Source: Polyangiales bacterium
Lineage (GTDB): Bacteria; Myxococcota_A; Polyangia; Polyangiales; Ga0077539
Direction: 5' to 3'
NCBI GenBank assembly: GCA_044229975.1
Contig: JBGARZ010000007.1
Coordinates: 320,001 to 384,000 of the forward strand
Length of the DNA: 64,000 nucleotides
Both the position numbers and the translations under genes were made by a program. Shown here in pieces: positions 36,148 through 45,893 of the stretch. The first letter of the stretch is position 1. Every line of letters starts with the position of its first letter. The notes beneath the pieces were generated by a model. The model was not told the origin of the DNA and ran no database searches. It saw nothing but the letters and a program-made list of their open reading frames with translations.

Positions 36148-38706
36148 ATGAGCGCCCAGCAGGGGACCGAGCACGACGACCACGGCCATGTGCACGGCCC
36201 CGGCTGCGGCCACGATCATGGCCACGAAGGTCACGACCACGCGAGCCATGACCACGCGGGTCACGACCATGGTCACGACCACGGCCATCACGGACACGAC
36301 CACGCTCCGCCGAAGGAGCGCCCGGTTGGCAAGCGCGACGCCGAGAACAACGGCGGCACCGCCTGCCAGATCGAGCTGCGCTCCCTCTTGCCCAGCGAGA
36401 ACAACGAGGTCGGCCGCTTCGAGAAGATGGAGGCGCTGGTCAACCGTCGCCTCGGCATCACGGACCTGCACCTCCGGCGCGACCAGGGCTACGCCGAGGT
36501 GTGCGTCCACTACGACCCGGCGAAGGGGTCGCACGACGAGGTCGTGGCGCTGGTGCGCGAGTGCGGCGCGGTGATCGCCAAGCGCTACAAGGCCAAGAGC
36601 TGGTTCGTGCGCGGGATGGACAGCCCCCAGTCGGGCTACCACATCGAGTACGCCCTCGGCCGCGCCAAGGGGGTGCTCGAAGCCAACGTGGCCTACGGCG
36701 CCGAGCGGCTCTTCGTCGAGTACGACACCGAGGGCGCGAGCCTGCGGGACATCGAGAAGCGCGTCGAGGCGCTGGGCTTCGAGCTCGAAGAGCCCGAGGC
36801 CGGACACGCCTGCTGCAACCACTCGCACTCGGGTGGTCTCGCGCCCAAGCTGGAGATCCCGCTGTCGGTCGTCGCGGGCGTGCTGCTCGTGGTGGGTCTC
36901 GCGATCGAGAAGATCGGGGTCGCGGGCGTTCCGGCGATCGTTCCGACGGTGCTCTACGCCAGCGCAGCGTTGCTGGCGGGCGCGTTTCCGCTGCGCGGGG
37001 CGCTCACGTCGGTGCGGCAGCTCCAGGTGGACATCGAGACGCTCACGGTGCTCGCGGCGGCGGGCGCGGCGGTGCTCGGGGCGTGGTTCGAGTCGGGGCT
37101 GCTGCTCTTCCTCTTCAGCCTCGGGCACGCGCTCGAACACCGTGCCCTGGAGCGCGCCCGCCGCGCCATCGACGCGCTCGGCAAGCTGCGGCCGGAGACC
37201 GCGCGGGTGCGCAAGGGGCCGGAGGTCGTCGAGGTCGCGGTCGCGACGGTGCAGCGCGGCGATCGGGTGTTGGTGCGGGCGGGCGATCGGGTTCCGCTCG
37301 ATGGGGTGATTCGCGAGGGGAAGTCGTCGCTCGACCAGTCGACGGTGACGGGCGAGTCGGTGCCGGTGTCCAAGGGCCCGGGCGACGCGGTCTTCGCGGG
37401 AACCATCAACGCCGAAGCGGCGCTGGAGGTGGAGGTCACCAAGCTCTCCACCGAGTCGGCCATCGCGCGGGTCATCGACATGGTGACCGAGGCCGAGGCG
37501 AGCAAGAGCAAGGCGCAGCGCTTCACCAAGCGCATCGAGCAGAAGGTGGCGCCGCTCATCATCGGGGCCGCGCCGACGCTCGCCATCGTGCTGCTGGCGA
37601 CGGGGCACTCGCTGCGCGACTCGCTGCTGCGGGCGATGTCGCTGCTGGTCGCGGCGTCGCCGTGCGCGCTGGCCATCTCGACGCCCGCGGCCGTGCTCTC
37701 GGCGGTGGCGCGGGCCGCGCGCGGCGGCGTGTTGATGAAGGGCGGCGCGCACCTGGAGTCGCTGGGCAACGTCACCACGGTGGCCTTCGACAAGACCGGA
37801 ACGCTCACCGTCGGTCGCCCCAAGCTGGTGTCCGTGTGGACGCCCGAAGGCGTCACCGAGGCCGACCTGCTGGCGACGGCGGCGGGCGTGGAGTCGCTGT
37901 CGTCGCACCCGCTGGCGAAGGCCGTGGTCGACGGCGCGAAGGAGCGCGGCATCGAGGCGGCGAAGGCGAGCGGTTGTGAGGCCGTGCACGGCAAGGGCAT
38001 CCGCTCGATGGTGGGCGGCAAGGCCGTGGCCATCGGGAGCCTCGATCTGTTCGACGCGGCGAAGATTCCTGATGCGGTGAAGGCGAAGGTGACGGCGCTT
38101 CAGGAGGCCGGGCAGACCACGATGGTGGTGCGACGGGGCCTGGAGTTTCTCGGGGTGATCGGCGTGGCCGACACGCTGCGCAAGGAGGCGAAGGACGCGC
38201 TCGCGCAGCTCCGCGCGCTGGGTATCACGCGCACGGTGATGTTGTCGGGCGACAACCTGAAGGTGGCCGAGGCCATCGCGAAGGAGGTCGGCATCGACGA
38301 GCCGCGCGCGCCGCTGATGCCCGAGGGAAAGGTGAAGGCCCTGAAGGAGCTGTCGAAGGAGGGCGGCGCCGCGATGGTGGGTGACGGCGTCAACGACGCG
38401 CCCGCGCTGGCGGCGGCCTCGGTGGGCATCGCGATGGGCGGCGCCGGGTCGGACGTGGCGCTGGAGACGGCGGACGTGGTGCTGATGGGCGACGACCTGA
38501 CGCGGCTGCCCTTCGCGGTAGCGCTCGCGCGGGCGGCGAATCGCACGGTGAAGGTCAACCTGACCATCTCACTGGGCGTGAGCGCGCTGCTGATTCTCGC
38601 GTCGATCTTCGGATGGGTTCGCATCAGCCACGCGGTGGTGCTCCACGAGGGCAGCACCATGATCGTGGTGCTCAACGGGCTGCGCTTGCTGCTGTTTCGG
38701 CACTGA
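36148..38706 (+). CDS. Heavy-metal P1B-type ATPase (SPC/HEG, P1B-4-like) with His-rich N-terminus
   Basis: TGES, ASPCAL, DKTGT, HP, GDGVNDAP, HEGST. Confidence 0.93.
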   Translation: MSAQQGTEHDDHGHVHGPGCGHDHGHEGHDHASHDHAGHDHGHDHGHHGHDHAPPKERPVGKRDAENNGGTACQIELRSLLPSENNEVGRFEKMEALVNRRLGITDLHLRRDQGYAEVCVHYDPAKGSHDEVVALVRECGAVIAKRYKAKSWFVRGMDSPQSGYHIEYALGRAKGVLEANVAYGAERLFVEYDTEGASLRDIEKRVEALGFELEEPEAGHACCNHSHSGGLAPKLEIPLSVVAGVLLVVGLAIEKIGVAGVPAIVPTVLYASAALLAGAFPLRGALTSVRQLQVDIETLTVLAAAGAAVLGAWFESGLLLFLFSLGHALEHRALERARRAIDALGKLRPETARVRKGPEVVEVAVATVQRGDRVLVRAGDRVPLDGVIREGKSSLDQSTVTGESVPVSKGPGDAVFAGTINAEAALEVEVTKLSTESAIARVIDMVTEAEASKSKAQRFTKRIEQKVAPLIIGAAPTLAIVLLATGHSLRDSLLRAMSLLVAASPCALAISTPAAVLSAVARAARGGVLMKGGAHLESLGNVTTVAFDKTGTLTVGRPKLVSVWTPEGVTEADLLATAAGVESLSSHPLAKAVVDGAKERGIEAAKASGCEAVHGKGIRSMVGGKAVAIGSLDLFDAAKIPDAVKAKVTALQEAGQTTMVVRRGLEFLGVIGVADTLRKEAKDALAQLRALGITRTVMLSGDNLKVAEAIAKEVGIDEPRAPLMPEGKVKALKELSKEGGAAMVGDGVNDAPALAAASVGIAMGGAGSDVALETADVVLMGDDLTRLPFAVALARAANRTVKVNLTISLGVSALLILASIFGWVRISHAVVLHEGSTMIVVLNGLRLLLFRH

Positions 38707-38788
38707 GCCTTCGTCTCCAACGGAGTCGTCGCGCCTGTCCGCTGCGGGTTGCGGCGTAGAGGGGCGGGGGTCTATCGTCAGGCGACCG

Positions 38789-39028
38789 ATGGGCGCCGCA
38801 GAGAAGATCTACGACGAGATGATCGACCTGTTCGCGCGCGGGGGCGGGGCCGGTTCGGTGCTGGCGTTTCGCCCGTCGGCGCAGGCCCAGACGCGGGTCT
38901 CGGAGCTCCTCGAACGCAACCGACAGGGGTTGCTGACGGAGGACGAGCGGCAGGAGCTCGATCGCTTCGTGGAGCTTGAGAGACTGATGCAACTGGTGAA
39001 GGCGCGGGCGCGTCGTCACCAGCCGTGA
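38789..39028 (+). CDS. Small helical protein coupled to an HNH nuclease
   Basis: 79 aa, FRPS..RVSELLERN...LTEDERQELD; GTGA overlap with the HNH gene. Confidence 0.7.
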   Translation: MGAAEKIYDEMIDLFARGGGAGSVLAFRPSAQAQTRVSELLERNRQGLLTEDERQELDRFVELERLMQLVKARARRHQP

Positions 39029-39438
39029 CGGCGCGAATCCACGCAGCGCTTCGCCGTGAGGTGCGTGAACGAGCCGATGGCCGCTGCGAGTACTGTCTGC
39101 TCGCGGAGGAGGACGCGTTCTTCCCACACGAGCCAGATCACATCGTTGCTGAAAAGCACGGTGGGGCGACCGACGCGGCGAACCTCGCGCTCTCCTGTCT
39201 GGAGTGCAACCGATTCAAGGGGTCGGACATCGCCTCCATCGACCCCGCAACGGGAGCGCTCGTCGCGCTCTTCCATCCACGTCAGGAGGCATGGTCGACC
39301 CACTTCCGGGGCACGAATGATGGGACGATCGTCGCGCTCACGCCGACCGGTCGGGTGACCGTGGCACTCCTGCGCCTCAACGCTCCAGCGCGGGTTGAGG
39401 TGCGGCACGCGTTGGCCGAAGTCCGACGCTGGCCGTAG
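39025..39438 (+). CDS. HNH endonuclease
   Basis: RCEYC, DHIVAEKHGG, NLALSCLECNRFKG, LFHPR. Confidence 0.9.
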   Translation: MTARIHAALRREVRERADGRCEYCLLAEEDAFFPHEPDHIVAEKHGGATDAANLALSCLECNRFKGSDIASIDPATGALVALFHPRQEAWSTHFRGTNDGTIVALTPTGRVTVALLRLNAPARVEVRHALAEVRRWP

Positions 39439-39485
39439 AGACATCGATCTCGATTTGGTCGAGACAGTACGCGGGGAGAACCTCG

Positions 39486-39872
39486 TCACCCCATCGGCGA
39501 GCACAGCTCGACCAGCACGCCGTCGCGGTCGCGCACGTACGACACCGTCTGTCCCCACGGCTTCTGCTCCGGCGCCGACACCTCCGTCGCGCCCGCGGCG
39601 ACGGCCTTCGCATGCGCCGCCGCGACGTCGTCGGTGACCAGCGCGAGCTCGACGCCCGCGGCCGCCTCGCCGGGTCGGTTGGGGCGCACCGTGAGCTTGT
39701 TGAGCGCCGCCATCTTGTCGTGCGCGAAGGCCAGCGCCGTGGCGCCGGTGTCGAGCTCCGCGTAGTCGTTGCTCTCGTGGACGAAGCGACGCGTCAGCCC
39801 GAAGGCCCGCTCGTAGAACTCCACCGCCGTGACGACGTCCGGCGTATACACGATCACGTACCCGAGCTTCAT
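39486..39872 (-). CDS. VOC/glyoxalase family protein
   Basis: MKLGYVIVY..FYERAFG..YAELDTG..KPWGQTVSYVRDRDGVLVELC. Confidence 0.9.
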   Translation of the reverse strand: MKLGYVIVYTPDVVTAVEFYERAFGLTRRFVHESNDYAELDTGATALAFAHDKMAALNKLTVRPNRPGEAAAGVELALVTDDVAAAHAKAVAAGATEVSAPEQKPWGQTVSYVRDRDGVLVELCSPMG

Positions 39873-39997
39873 GGGTGACTCCTCCGCGCGCGACCATTGG
39901 CGCGCGGTCGGCACCGTCGCACCGGGCGCTGCGGGTGTCACCCACACAGGTACCCTCGACGCTCGCTCGGCCGTTGCGGTACCTCTCCCGCGCCCCG

Positions 39998-41359
39998 ATG
40001 TCCGCACCCGCCGAGCGCCCCACAGCCCTGCATCCGACCCTCTTCGCCGCCGCGGTGCTTGGTCTCGGCATCGCCCTCTCTCGCGATCGCGTCGCCCTCC
40101 GCGCCATGCTCCGCCCGCGCCCCGTCGGCGCTGCCGCCATCACGCCCGTTGCGCCTGGTCGCGCTCCGCCGCCCGCGCCCGAAGCCCCGCTCCCGGCCCG
40201 CTGGGTGTCTCCGTCCGCAACGCCGCCGCGTGACATCGCGCACCTCGACAATCCCCTCCTCGCCGACGGAACCACCCGCGCCCTCGACGCCTTCGCCCGC
40301 CGCCTCGCAACGCTCCCGACGCTCGCGTCTCCGCTGCGCGTGCTGCACTTCGGCGACTCCATCATCGCCGACGACCGCATCACCGGCCGCCTGCGCCGAC
40401 GGCTCCAGCGCGAGTTTGGCGACGGCGGCCTCGGGCTCGTCTTCCTGCGTCCGACGGCGCGCTCGTACCACCCGGCGGGCGTTCGCTTCGAGGCGCGCGG
40501 CTGGTACCCCGGCTCGGTCGTCGGGCCGCGCTGGGACGACGGCCGCTATGGCGTCGGCGGAACCGGCTTCGAAGCCCCCGACGAAGGCCCCTCGGCGACG
40601 CTCTCCTTCGACCGCGGCCGACGCTTTGTCGTGCGCGCGCTCCGCGACCCCACCGGTGGAACCGTCTCCCTCCGCCTCGACGACGGCCCCGCGGTCACTG
40701 CGCGCGTCGACGCCGAACTCCCCGCCCTCACGGCCGACACCGATGGTCCGCATCGCGTGACGGTGCGTGCGAGCGGCGGGAAGGTTCGGCTCTTCGGCGT
40801 CGTTGCCACCCGCGTGGCACCGGGCATCACCGTCGACAACCTCGGAACCGTCAGCAGCTCCGCCCGCTCGCTCCTGCACCTCGACGCCGCGCACTGGGCA
40901 AGCGCCCTCGTCGACGAAGACCCGTCGCTGGTGGTGATCTCGCTCGGCACCAACGAGGCGAGCCACGGCGCTCTCTCACCCGCCGATCGCGCCGCCCTCG
41001 AACACGACGCGGGCGAGCTCTACGGGCGCGTTCGCGCGGCCCTCCCGCGCGCCTCGTGCCTGGTCGTCGCCCCGCCCGACTCCTCGGTGCTCCTGCAAGA
41101 CGGAACCATCGGCGCCCGACCCGCGCTGCCCTTCATCGTCGACGCGGAGGCCCGCGCCGCGCACGCCGCCGGCTGCGCCTTCTTCAACGCCTACGCCTGG
41201 ATGGGCGGCCGCGGATCGATCCTCCGCTGGCAGCGCGACGGTCTCGCCGACGGCGACCTCACCCACCTCACCGACGCGGGCGGCGCGCGCATCGGTGACG
41301 CCCTCGCCGACGCGCTGCTCCAGGCTCGCGACGAGGCCGTCGCGCGGGGCGTCCGTTGA
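39998..41359 (+). CDS. SGNH/GDSL O-acetyltransferase-like protein (PatB-like)
   Basis: HFGDS, FGDGGLG, LGTNE, DLTHLT. Confidence 0.8.
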   Translation: MSAPAERPTALHPTLFAAAVLGLGIALSRDRVALRAMLRPRPVGAAAITPVAPGRAPPPAPEAPLPARWVSPSATPPRDIAHLDNPLLADGTTRALDAFARRLATLPTLASPLRVLHFGDSIIADDRITGRLRRRLQREFGDGGLGLVFLRPTARSYHPAGVRFEARGWYPGSVVGPRWDDGRYGVGGTGFEAPDEGPSATLSFDRGRRFVVRALRDPTGGTVSLRLDDGPAVTARVDAELPALTADTDGPHRVTVRASGGKVRLFGVVATRVAPGITVDNLGTVSSSARSLLHLDAAHWASALVDEDPSLVVISLGTNEASHGALSPADRAALEHDAGELYGRVRAALPRASCLVVAPPDSSVLLQDGTIGARPALPFIVDAEARAAHAAGCAFFNAYAWMGGRGSILRWQRDGLADGDLTHLTDAGGARIGDALADALLQARDEAVARGVR

Positions 41360-42696
41360 AGCACCTCCGCGCGCTCGTCCTTCCGTTGGCGCTCGGCTGT
41401 GCGTCGAGTCCGCCGTTGCCGCTCATCGGCGAGGCGTCGCCGCCGGGCAGCCACCGCAACCTCGCGCCCGCCCGCACTGCACCATCGCGCGAGGCTGATC
41501 CCCCGCGAACCCATGAGTTCAGCGATCCGCTTCCTGACGCGGTGTTTCCCGACGCGGGAGCGCCCGCTGAGACGACCCCCGAGGCACCCGTCGCGGAGGT
41601 CGCGCCAGGGACGGTGTGGGAAGACCCGTCGGGCCGTCTCGCGCCGTGGCTCCAGTCGGTGCGCGCGCACCAGCAGGCACTGCGCGTGGTTCAGCTCGGT
41701 GATTCGCACACCGAAGGTGATGCGTTCACCGGGCCGCTGCGTCGTCGGCTGTGGGCGCAGCTCGGTGATGGCGGCCGTGGATTCGTCCCGGTGGCGGGCA
41801 CGCAGTGGGACGTCGCCCGCAGCCTCACCGGTCCGTGGCGCGTCCTACGTAGCGGCCTCCGTGCGAGCGACGGACCCAACGGCCTCGGGCTCGCCCGCGC
41901 CGTCGCCACGAGCCCCGCGGCGAGCCTTCGCGTGGCCACGTGCACCCGCTGTCCCGGTGGGCAGCGCGCCGACCGCGTGACCGTCTTCTTCCGCGTGCTC
42001 GACGGCGGCGGCCACCTCGTCGTCGACATCGACGGAACCTCGCAACGCATCTCCACCCGCGCCGACGGTAGCGTCGTCGTCACCGTCGCCGACGGACCTC
42101 ACGCCGTGACGGTGCGCCCCGCAGGTGATGGTCCCGTGGAGGTCTACGGCGTGGCCCTCGACCGTGGCACGACGGGGGCCCGCCTCGACGCCGCGGGCGT
42201 GGTCGGCGCGCAGGCCACGCACCTCCGCGACGAAGACTGGACCGTGCTCGCGCCACAGCTCGCCGCTCGCGACCCGACACTCGTGGTCTTCTCCTTCGGA
42301 ACCAACGAGAGCGCCTCCGCCCGCCGCGACCCGGCCGTCTACGCGACCGCCCTCACGACGCTGATCGAGCGCGTGCGAGTGGCTGTTCCGACGACGAGCG
42401 TGGCGGTCTTCGGCCCGCCGGACGTGGAGCTTCGCAGCGTCGCTCTGCCGGGGACGTTCATCCCGGCGCCGCGCCTCGACGGCGTGATCGAAGCGGCCCG
42501 CGCGACGGCCATGCAACAGGGCACCTGGTTCGTCGATCAGCGCGGGTTGATGGGCGGCGCCGGCGCGATGTCCGCGTGGGCGCTGGAGAGCCCGCCGTGG
42601 GCCGCGCCCGACCATGTCCATCTCACCAACCGCGGGTATGCACGACTCGCCAACGCGGTGGCCGACGGGCTCCTCGGAGCGCCCGCCGCGCCGTGA
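41356..42696 (+). CDS. SGNH/GDSL O-acetyltransferase-like lipoprotein (PatB-like)
   Basis: Lipobox LGC; QLGDSH, GDGGRG, FGTNE, DHVHLT. Confidence 0.8.
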   Translation: MKHLRALVLPLALGCASSPPLPLIGEASPPGSHRNLAPARTAPSREADPPRTHEFSDPLPDAVFPDAGAPAETTPEAPVAEVAPGTVWEDPSGRLAPWLQSVRAHQQALRVVQLGDSHTEGDAFTGPLRRRLWAQLGDGGRGFVPVAGTQWDVARSLTGPWRVLRSGLRASDGPNGLGLARAVATSPAASLRVATCTRCPGGQRADRVTVFFRVLDGGGHLVVDIDGTSQRISTRADGSVVVTVADGPHAVTVRPAGDGPVEVYGVALDRGTTGARLDAAGVVGAQATHLRDEDWTVLAPQLAARDPTLVVFSFGTNESASARRDPAVYATALTTLIERVRVAVPTTSVAVFGPPDVELRSVALPGTFIPAPRLDGVIEAARATAMQQGTWFVDQRGLMGGAGAMSAWALESPPWAAPDHVHLTNRGYARLANAVADGLLGAPAAP

Positions 42697-44732
42697 GCTT
42701 CGCCGACGCCGCCTTCCCGGTCTTCCTCTGGGCCGCGGTGATGCTCTGCGTCCTGCTCCGTCGCGGGGCGCGCAACGCTTCTGAGATGCTCCTCGGCGCG
42801 GTCGCGCTCGGGCTGCTCGCCGACCTCACATGGCTCACTGCGCTGCGACCGCACACGGCTCTTGCCTCGCCGTGGGGCTTCGCGTTGCAACACTTCGCCG
42901 GCGCGCCGCCCGCATCGGTGTGGAGGATGCTCATCGGGACGGCGTTGTTCGCGGGCGCGATGTTCGTTGCGCGGCGCTCGCTGGTGAGCGACGACGAGTC
43001 CGCGCGGGTGGCGCGCGCTCGGGCGTTGGGCCTCGCGACGGTGGTCTGTCTCGGGGCCTTCGTCGTGGGCGCGGCGACGCACCGGCTCGACGCCATCACG
43101 CGGTTGCTGGCCACGGTGGCGCACCCGCTCTGGCTGGCGCTGTGGGGCTACGCGTGGGGCGCGGCGCGCACGGCGGAGGGACGTCGCGCGGCGTTGCAGC
43201 TCGGGCTCTTCGCGCTGAGCGCGCTCTTCTATCAATCGTGGGCGGCGATGATGCCGGGGGCGTACCGCTTCCTGCTGGGGCTCATCGTCGCGACCATCGT
43301 GCTCGACTACTGGCTCGCGCGACTCATCGACGCGCGCACCGAACCCGGACCACGCCGGGCGATGCTGGTGGCCTCACTCGTCGCCAACCTCGGGGTGCTC
43401 GCGGTCTTCAAGTACGCCGACTTCTTCGGCGACAACCTCTTCTCGCTCGCCCACCTCTTCGGCGCTCACGCCCGCTGGAAGCCCTGGAACCTCATCCTCC
43501 CGGCGGGCATCTCCTTCCACACGTTCCAGTCGCTCTCGTACACGGTGGATGTGTACCGACGGCGGCTGCGGCCGACGGCGTCGCTCCTGGAGTTCGCGGC
43601 CTTCGTGCTCTTCTTCCCGCAGCTCGTCGCGGGGCCCATCGTGCGGGCCGACGAGTTTCTCCCGCAGATCGCGGCACCGCCCGCCGTGGACGAGGCCCGC
43701 GCGCTCGACGGCCTGTGGCGCATCGCGCTCGGTCTCGCGAAGAAGCTCTGGCTCGCCGACACCCTCGCCGTGACGCTCGTCGACCGCGTCTTCGCCCACC
43801 CGGAGCAGTTCTCCGCGCTGGAGAACCTCCTCGGCATCTACGGCTACGCCTTCCAGATCTACCTCGATTTCTCGGCGTACAGCGACATCGCGGTGGGCGC
43901 CGCGGCGCTGCTCGGCTTCACGCTCCCCGAGAACTTCCGCGCCCCCTACCGCGCCGGCGACCTCGCGGCCTTCTGGCGTCGCTGGCACATCTCGCTCTCG
44001 TCGTGGCTGCGCGACTACCTCTACATCCCGCTCGGGGGCAATCGCGACGGCGAGGCGCGCACCTACCGCAACCTCGCGCTCACCATGCTCCTCGGCGGCC
44101 TCTGGCACGGCGCCGCCTGGACCTTCCTCGTCTGGGGTCTCCTCCACGGTGGCGGCCTCGCCGTGACCCGCGCGGTGCAACGCCGATGGTCCCGCGAGTC
44201 GACCGCTCGCCCCGCCCGCGACGTCGCCGCGTTGGGTGCGCTCGCGCTCGCTGCGGGGGCGCTGCACCTGGCGCTGCGGTCGCTGCTCGGATCACTCGCG
44301 GCCACGGTCGGTGTCGACGTCGCGTGGCTGCACCTCGGGATCGGTTGGCTGTGGCTCGCGCCGTTCTGGGCGGCGCTCGGTGCCTTCGCGTTGCGCGCGG
44401 GCTGGCGTCGCGCGTCGGCGCTGGTGACCTTCCACTATGTGGTCTTCGCGTGGGTGTTCTTCCGGGCGCCGCGCTTCGCCGACGCGCGCGCGGTGCTGGG
44501 TCAGCTCGCGACGCTGAGCGCCGACGCGGCCAACGTCCCGCGCGCCTTCGTGGTCGCGCTTGCGGTGGCGGCCTTCACGCACGCGGCGCCCGAGGGCCCG
44601 CAGCGGTGGGCGAGGGAGGCGTTCGCGCGGGCTCCGTGGTGGGCGCGCGCGGTGGTGCTGGTGGCGGCGGTGGCGGCGCTGCGGGCGCTGGCGCGGCCGA
44701 CGGTGGTGCCGTTCATCTACTTCCAGTTCTGA
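42693..44732 (+). CDS. MBOAT O-acyltransferase (AlgI/PatA family)
   Basis: LPAGISFHTFQSLSY, FFPQLVAGPIVR, QIYLDFSAYSD, FWRRWHISLSSWLRDYLYIPLGG, GLWHGA, FIYFQF; GTGA overlap. Confidence 0.92.
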   Translation: MSFADAAFPVFLWAAVMLCVLLRRGARNASEMLLGAVALGLLADLTWLTALRPHTALASPWGFALQHFAGAPPASVWRMLIGTALFAGAMFVARRSLVSDDESARVARARALGLATVVCLGAFVVGAATHRLDAITRLLATVAHPLWLALWGYAWGAARTAEGRRAALQLGLFALSALFYQSWAAMMPGAYRFLLGLIVATIVLDYWLARLIDARTEPGPRRAMLVASLVANLGVLAVFKYADFFGDNLFSLAHLFGAHARWKPWNLILPAGISFHTFQSLSYTVDVYRRRLRPTASLLEFAAFVLFFPQLVAGPIVRADEFLPQIAAPPAVDEARALDGLWRIALGLAKKLWLADTLAVTLVDRVFAHPEQFSALENLLGIYGYAFQIYLDFSAYSDIAVGAAALLGFTLPENFRAPYRAGDLAAFWRRWHISLSSWLRDYLYIPLGGNRDGEARTYRNLALTMLLGGLWHGAAWTFLVWGLLHGGGLAVTRAVQRRWSRESTARPARDVAALGALALAAGALHLALRSLLGSLAATVGVDVAWLHLGIGWLWLAPFWAALGAFALRAGWRRASALVTFHYVVFAWVFFRAPRFADARAVLGQLATLSADAANVPRAFVVALAVAAFTHAAPEGPQRWAREAFARAPWWARAVVLVAAVAALRALARPTVVPFIYFQF

Positions 44733-44745
44733 TTGGCGCGAGATG

Positions 44746-45045
44746 TCACTCCGGGCGCGGTGACCCTGAAAGGGTTGGGGGCCGGGGGGCTGCGTGCCGG
44801 ACAACGTCGAGCGTTCGGTCGACCTCCGCCAGGATGGTTCGCGCGTGCGTGAGCAACGCCCGCCCCGCCGGGAGCAGGTTGACGCCGCGCGGGGTGCGCG
44901 TGAAGAGCGCGGCGCCGAGCTCGTCTTCGAGCTCGCGGATGCGGCGCGAGAGCGGCGGCTGCGAGACGTGGAGACGACGCGCGGCGCGGGTGACGTTCTC
45001 CTCCTCGGCGACGGCGACGAAGTAGCGAAGCTGGTCCAGGCTCAC
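44746..45045 (-). CDS. LysR-family HTH-only protein (no effector-binding domain)
   Basis: LRYFVAVAEEENVTRAARRLHVSQPPLSRRIRELEDELGAALFTR; ends after the linker helix (99 aa). Confidence 0.75.
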   Translation of the reverse strand: MSLDQLRYFVAVAEEENVTRAARRLHVSQPPLSRRIRELEDELGAALFTRTPRGVNLLPAGRALLTHARTILAEVDRTLDVVRHAAPRPPTLSGSPRPE

Positions 45046-45090
45046 GGCTCCGTCGCTACCGCATCGAGGCGACCGCGACAACCCGGCGCC

Positions 45091-45105
45091 ATACCAAGAC
45101 GGTAT
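45091..45105. promoter_or_regulatory. LysR operator ATAC-N7-GTAT
   Basis: ATAC CAAGACG GTAT, a perfect CatM/BenM-type palindrome between divergent genes. Confidence 0.7.
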
Positions 45106-45143
45106 TGGCCCATCGTCGTCATCGGGTGCCACCGTCGCGCCCG

Positions 45144-45893
45144 ATGCCCGTCGAGATTCTCTCCCCCCGTGAAATCGAACGTATGCGCCTCGCCGGCGAA
45201 GTAGCCGCCGCCACGTTGCGCGAAGTGGGCTCCCGCATCCGCGCTGGCATCAGCACCGCCGACATCGACCGCTGGGTGCGCGAGGACACCGCGCGCCGCG
45301 GCGGCAAGCCCAGTCAGCTCGGCTATCACGGCTTCCCCGCCGCCGTGTGCACGAGCCGCAACGAGGTCGTCTGCCACGGCATCCCTCGCGAGACCGACCA
45401 CCTCGCCGACGGGGACATCGTCAACGTCGACGTGACCACGGAGCTCAACGGCTTTCACGGCGACACGTCGGCGACCTTCGTCATCGGTGATGCGTCCGCC
45501 GAAGCGCTCCATGTCGTCGATGTGGCCCGTCGGTGCCGCGATGCGGGCGTGGCGGTGGTGCGCGACGGCGCCCGCCTGGGGGACATCGGCGCGGCCATCG
45601 AGGAGATCGCGCGCGCCGAGGGGTGCGGCGTGGTGGAGGCCTTCGGCGGCCACGGCATCGGTCGGCGCATGCACATGGACCCGCACGTCTCCCACCGCGG
45701 AACCCGCGGCGCCGGCCTGCGCCTCAAGGCGGGCATGGCCATCACCGTCGAGCCCATGATCACGCTCGGCAGCCCCGACATCCGCGAACTCGCCGACGGC
45801 TGGACCATCGTCACCGCCGACGGCCGCTGGACCGCCCAGTTCGAGCACACCGTCCTCGTGACCAGGGAAGGCCACGAGGTGCTCACCCGGTAG
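45144..45893 (+). CDS. map: Type I methionine aminopeptidase
   Basis: NEVVCHGIP, GDIVNVDVT, HGDTS, GHGIG, TVEPMI, AQFEHT. Confidence 0.95.
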   Translation: MPVEILSPREIERMRLAGEVAAATLREVGSRIRAGISTADIDRWVREDTARRGGKPSQLGYHGFPAAVCTSRNEVVCHGIPRETDHLADGDIVNVDVTTELNGFHGDTSATFVIGDASAEALHVVDVARRCRDAGVAVVRDGARLGDIGAAIEEIARAEGCGVVEAFGGHGIGRRMHMDPHVSHRGTRGAGLRLKAGMAITVEPMITLGSPDIRELADGWTIVTADGRWTAQFEHTVLVTREGHEVLTR

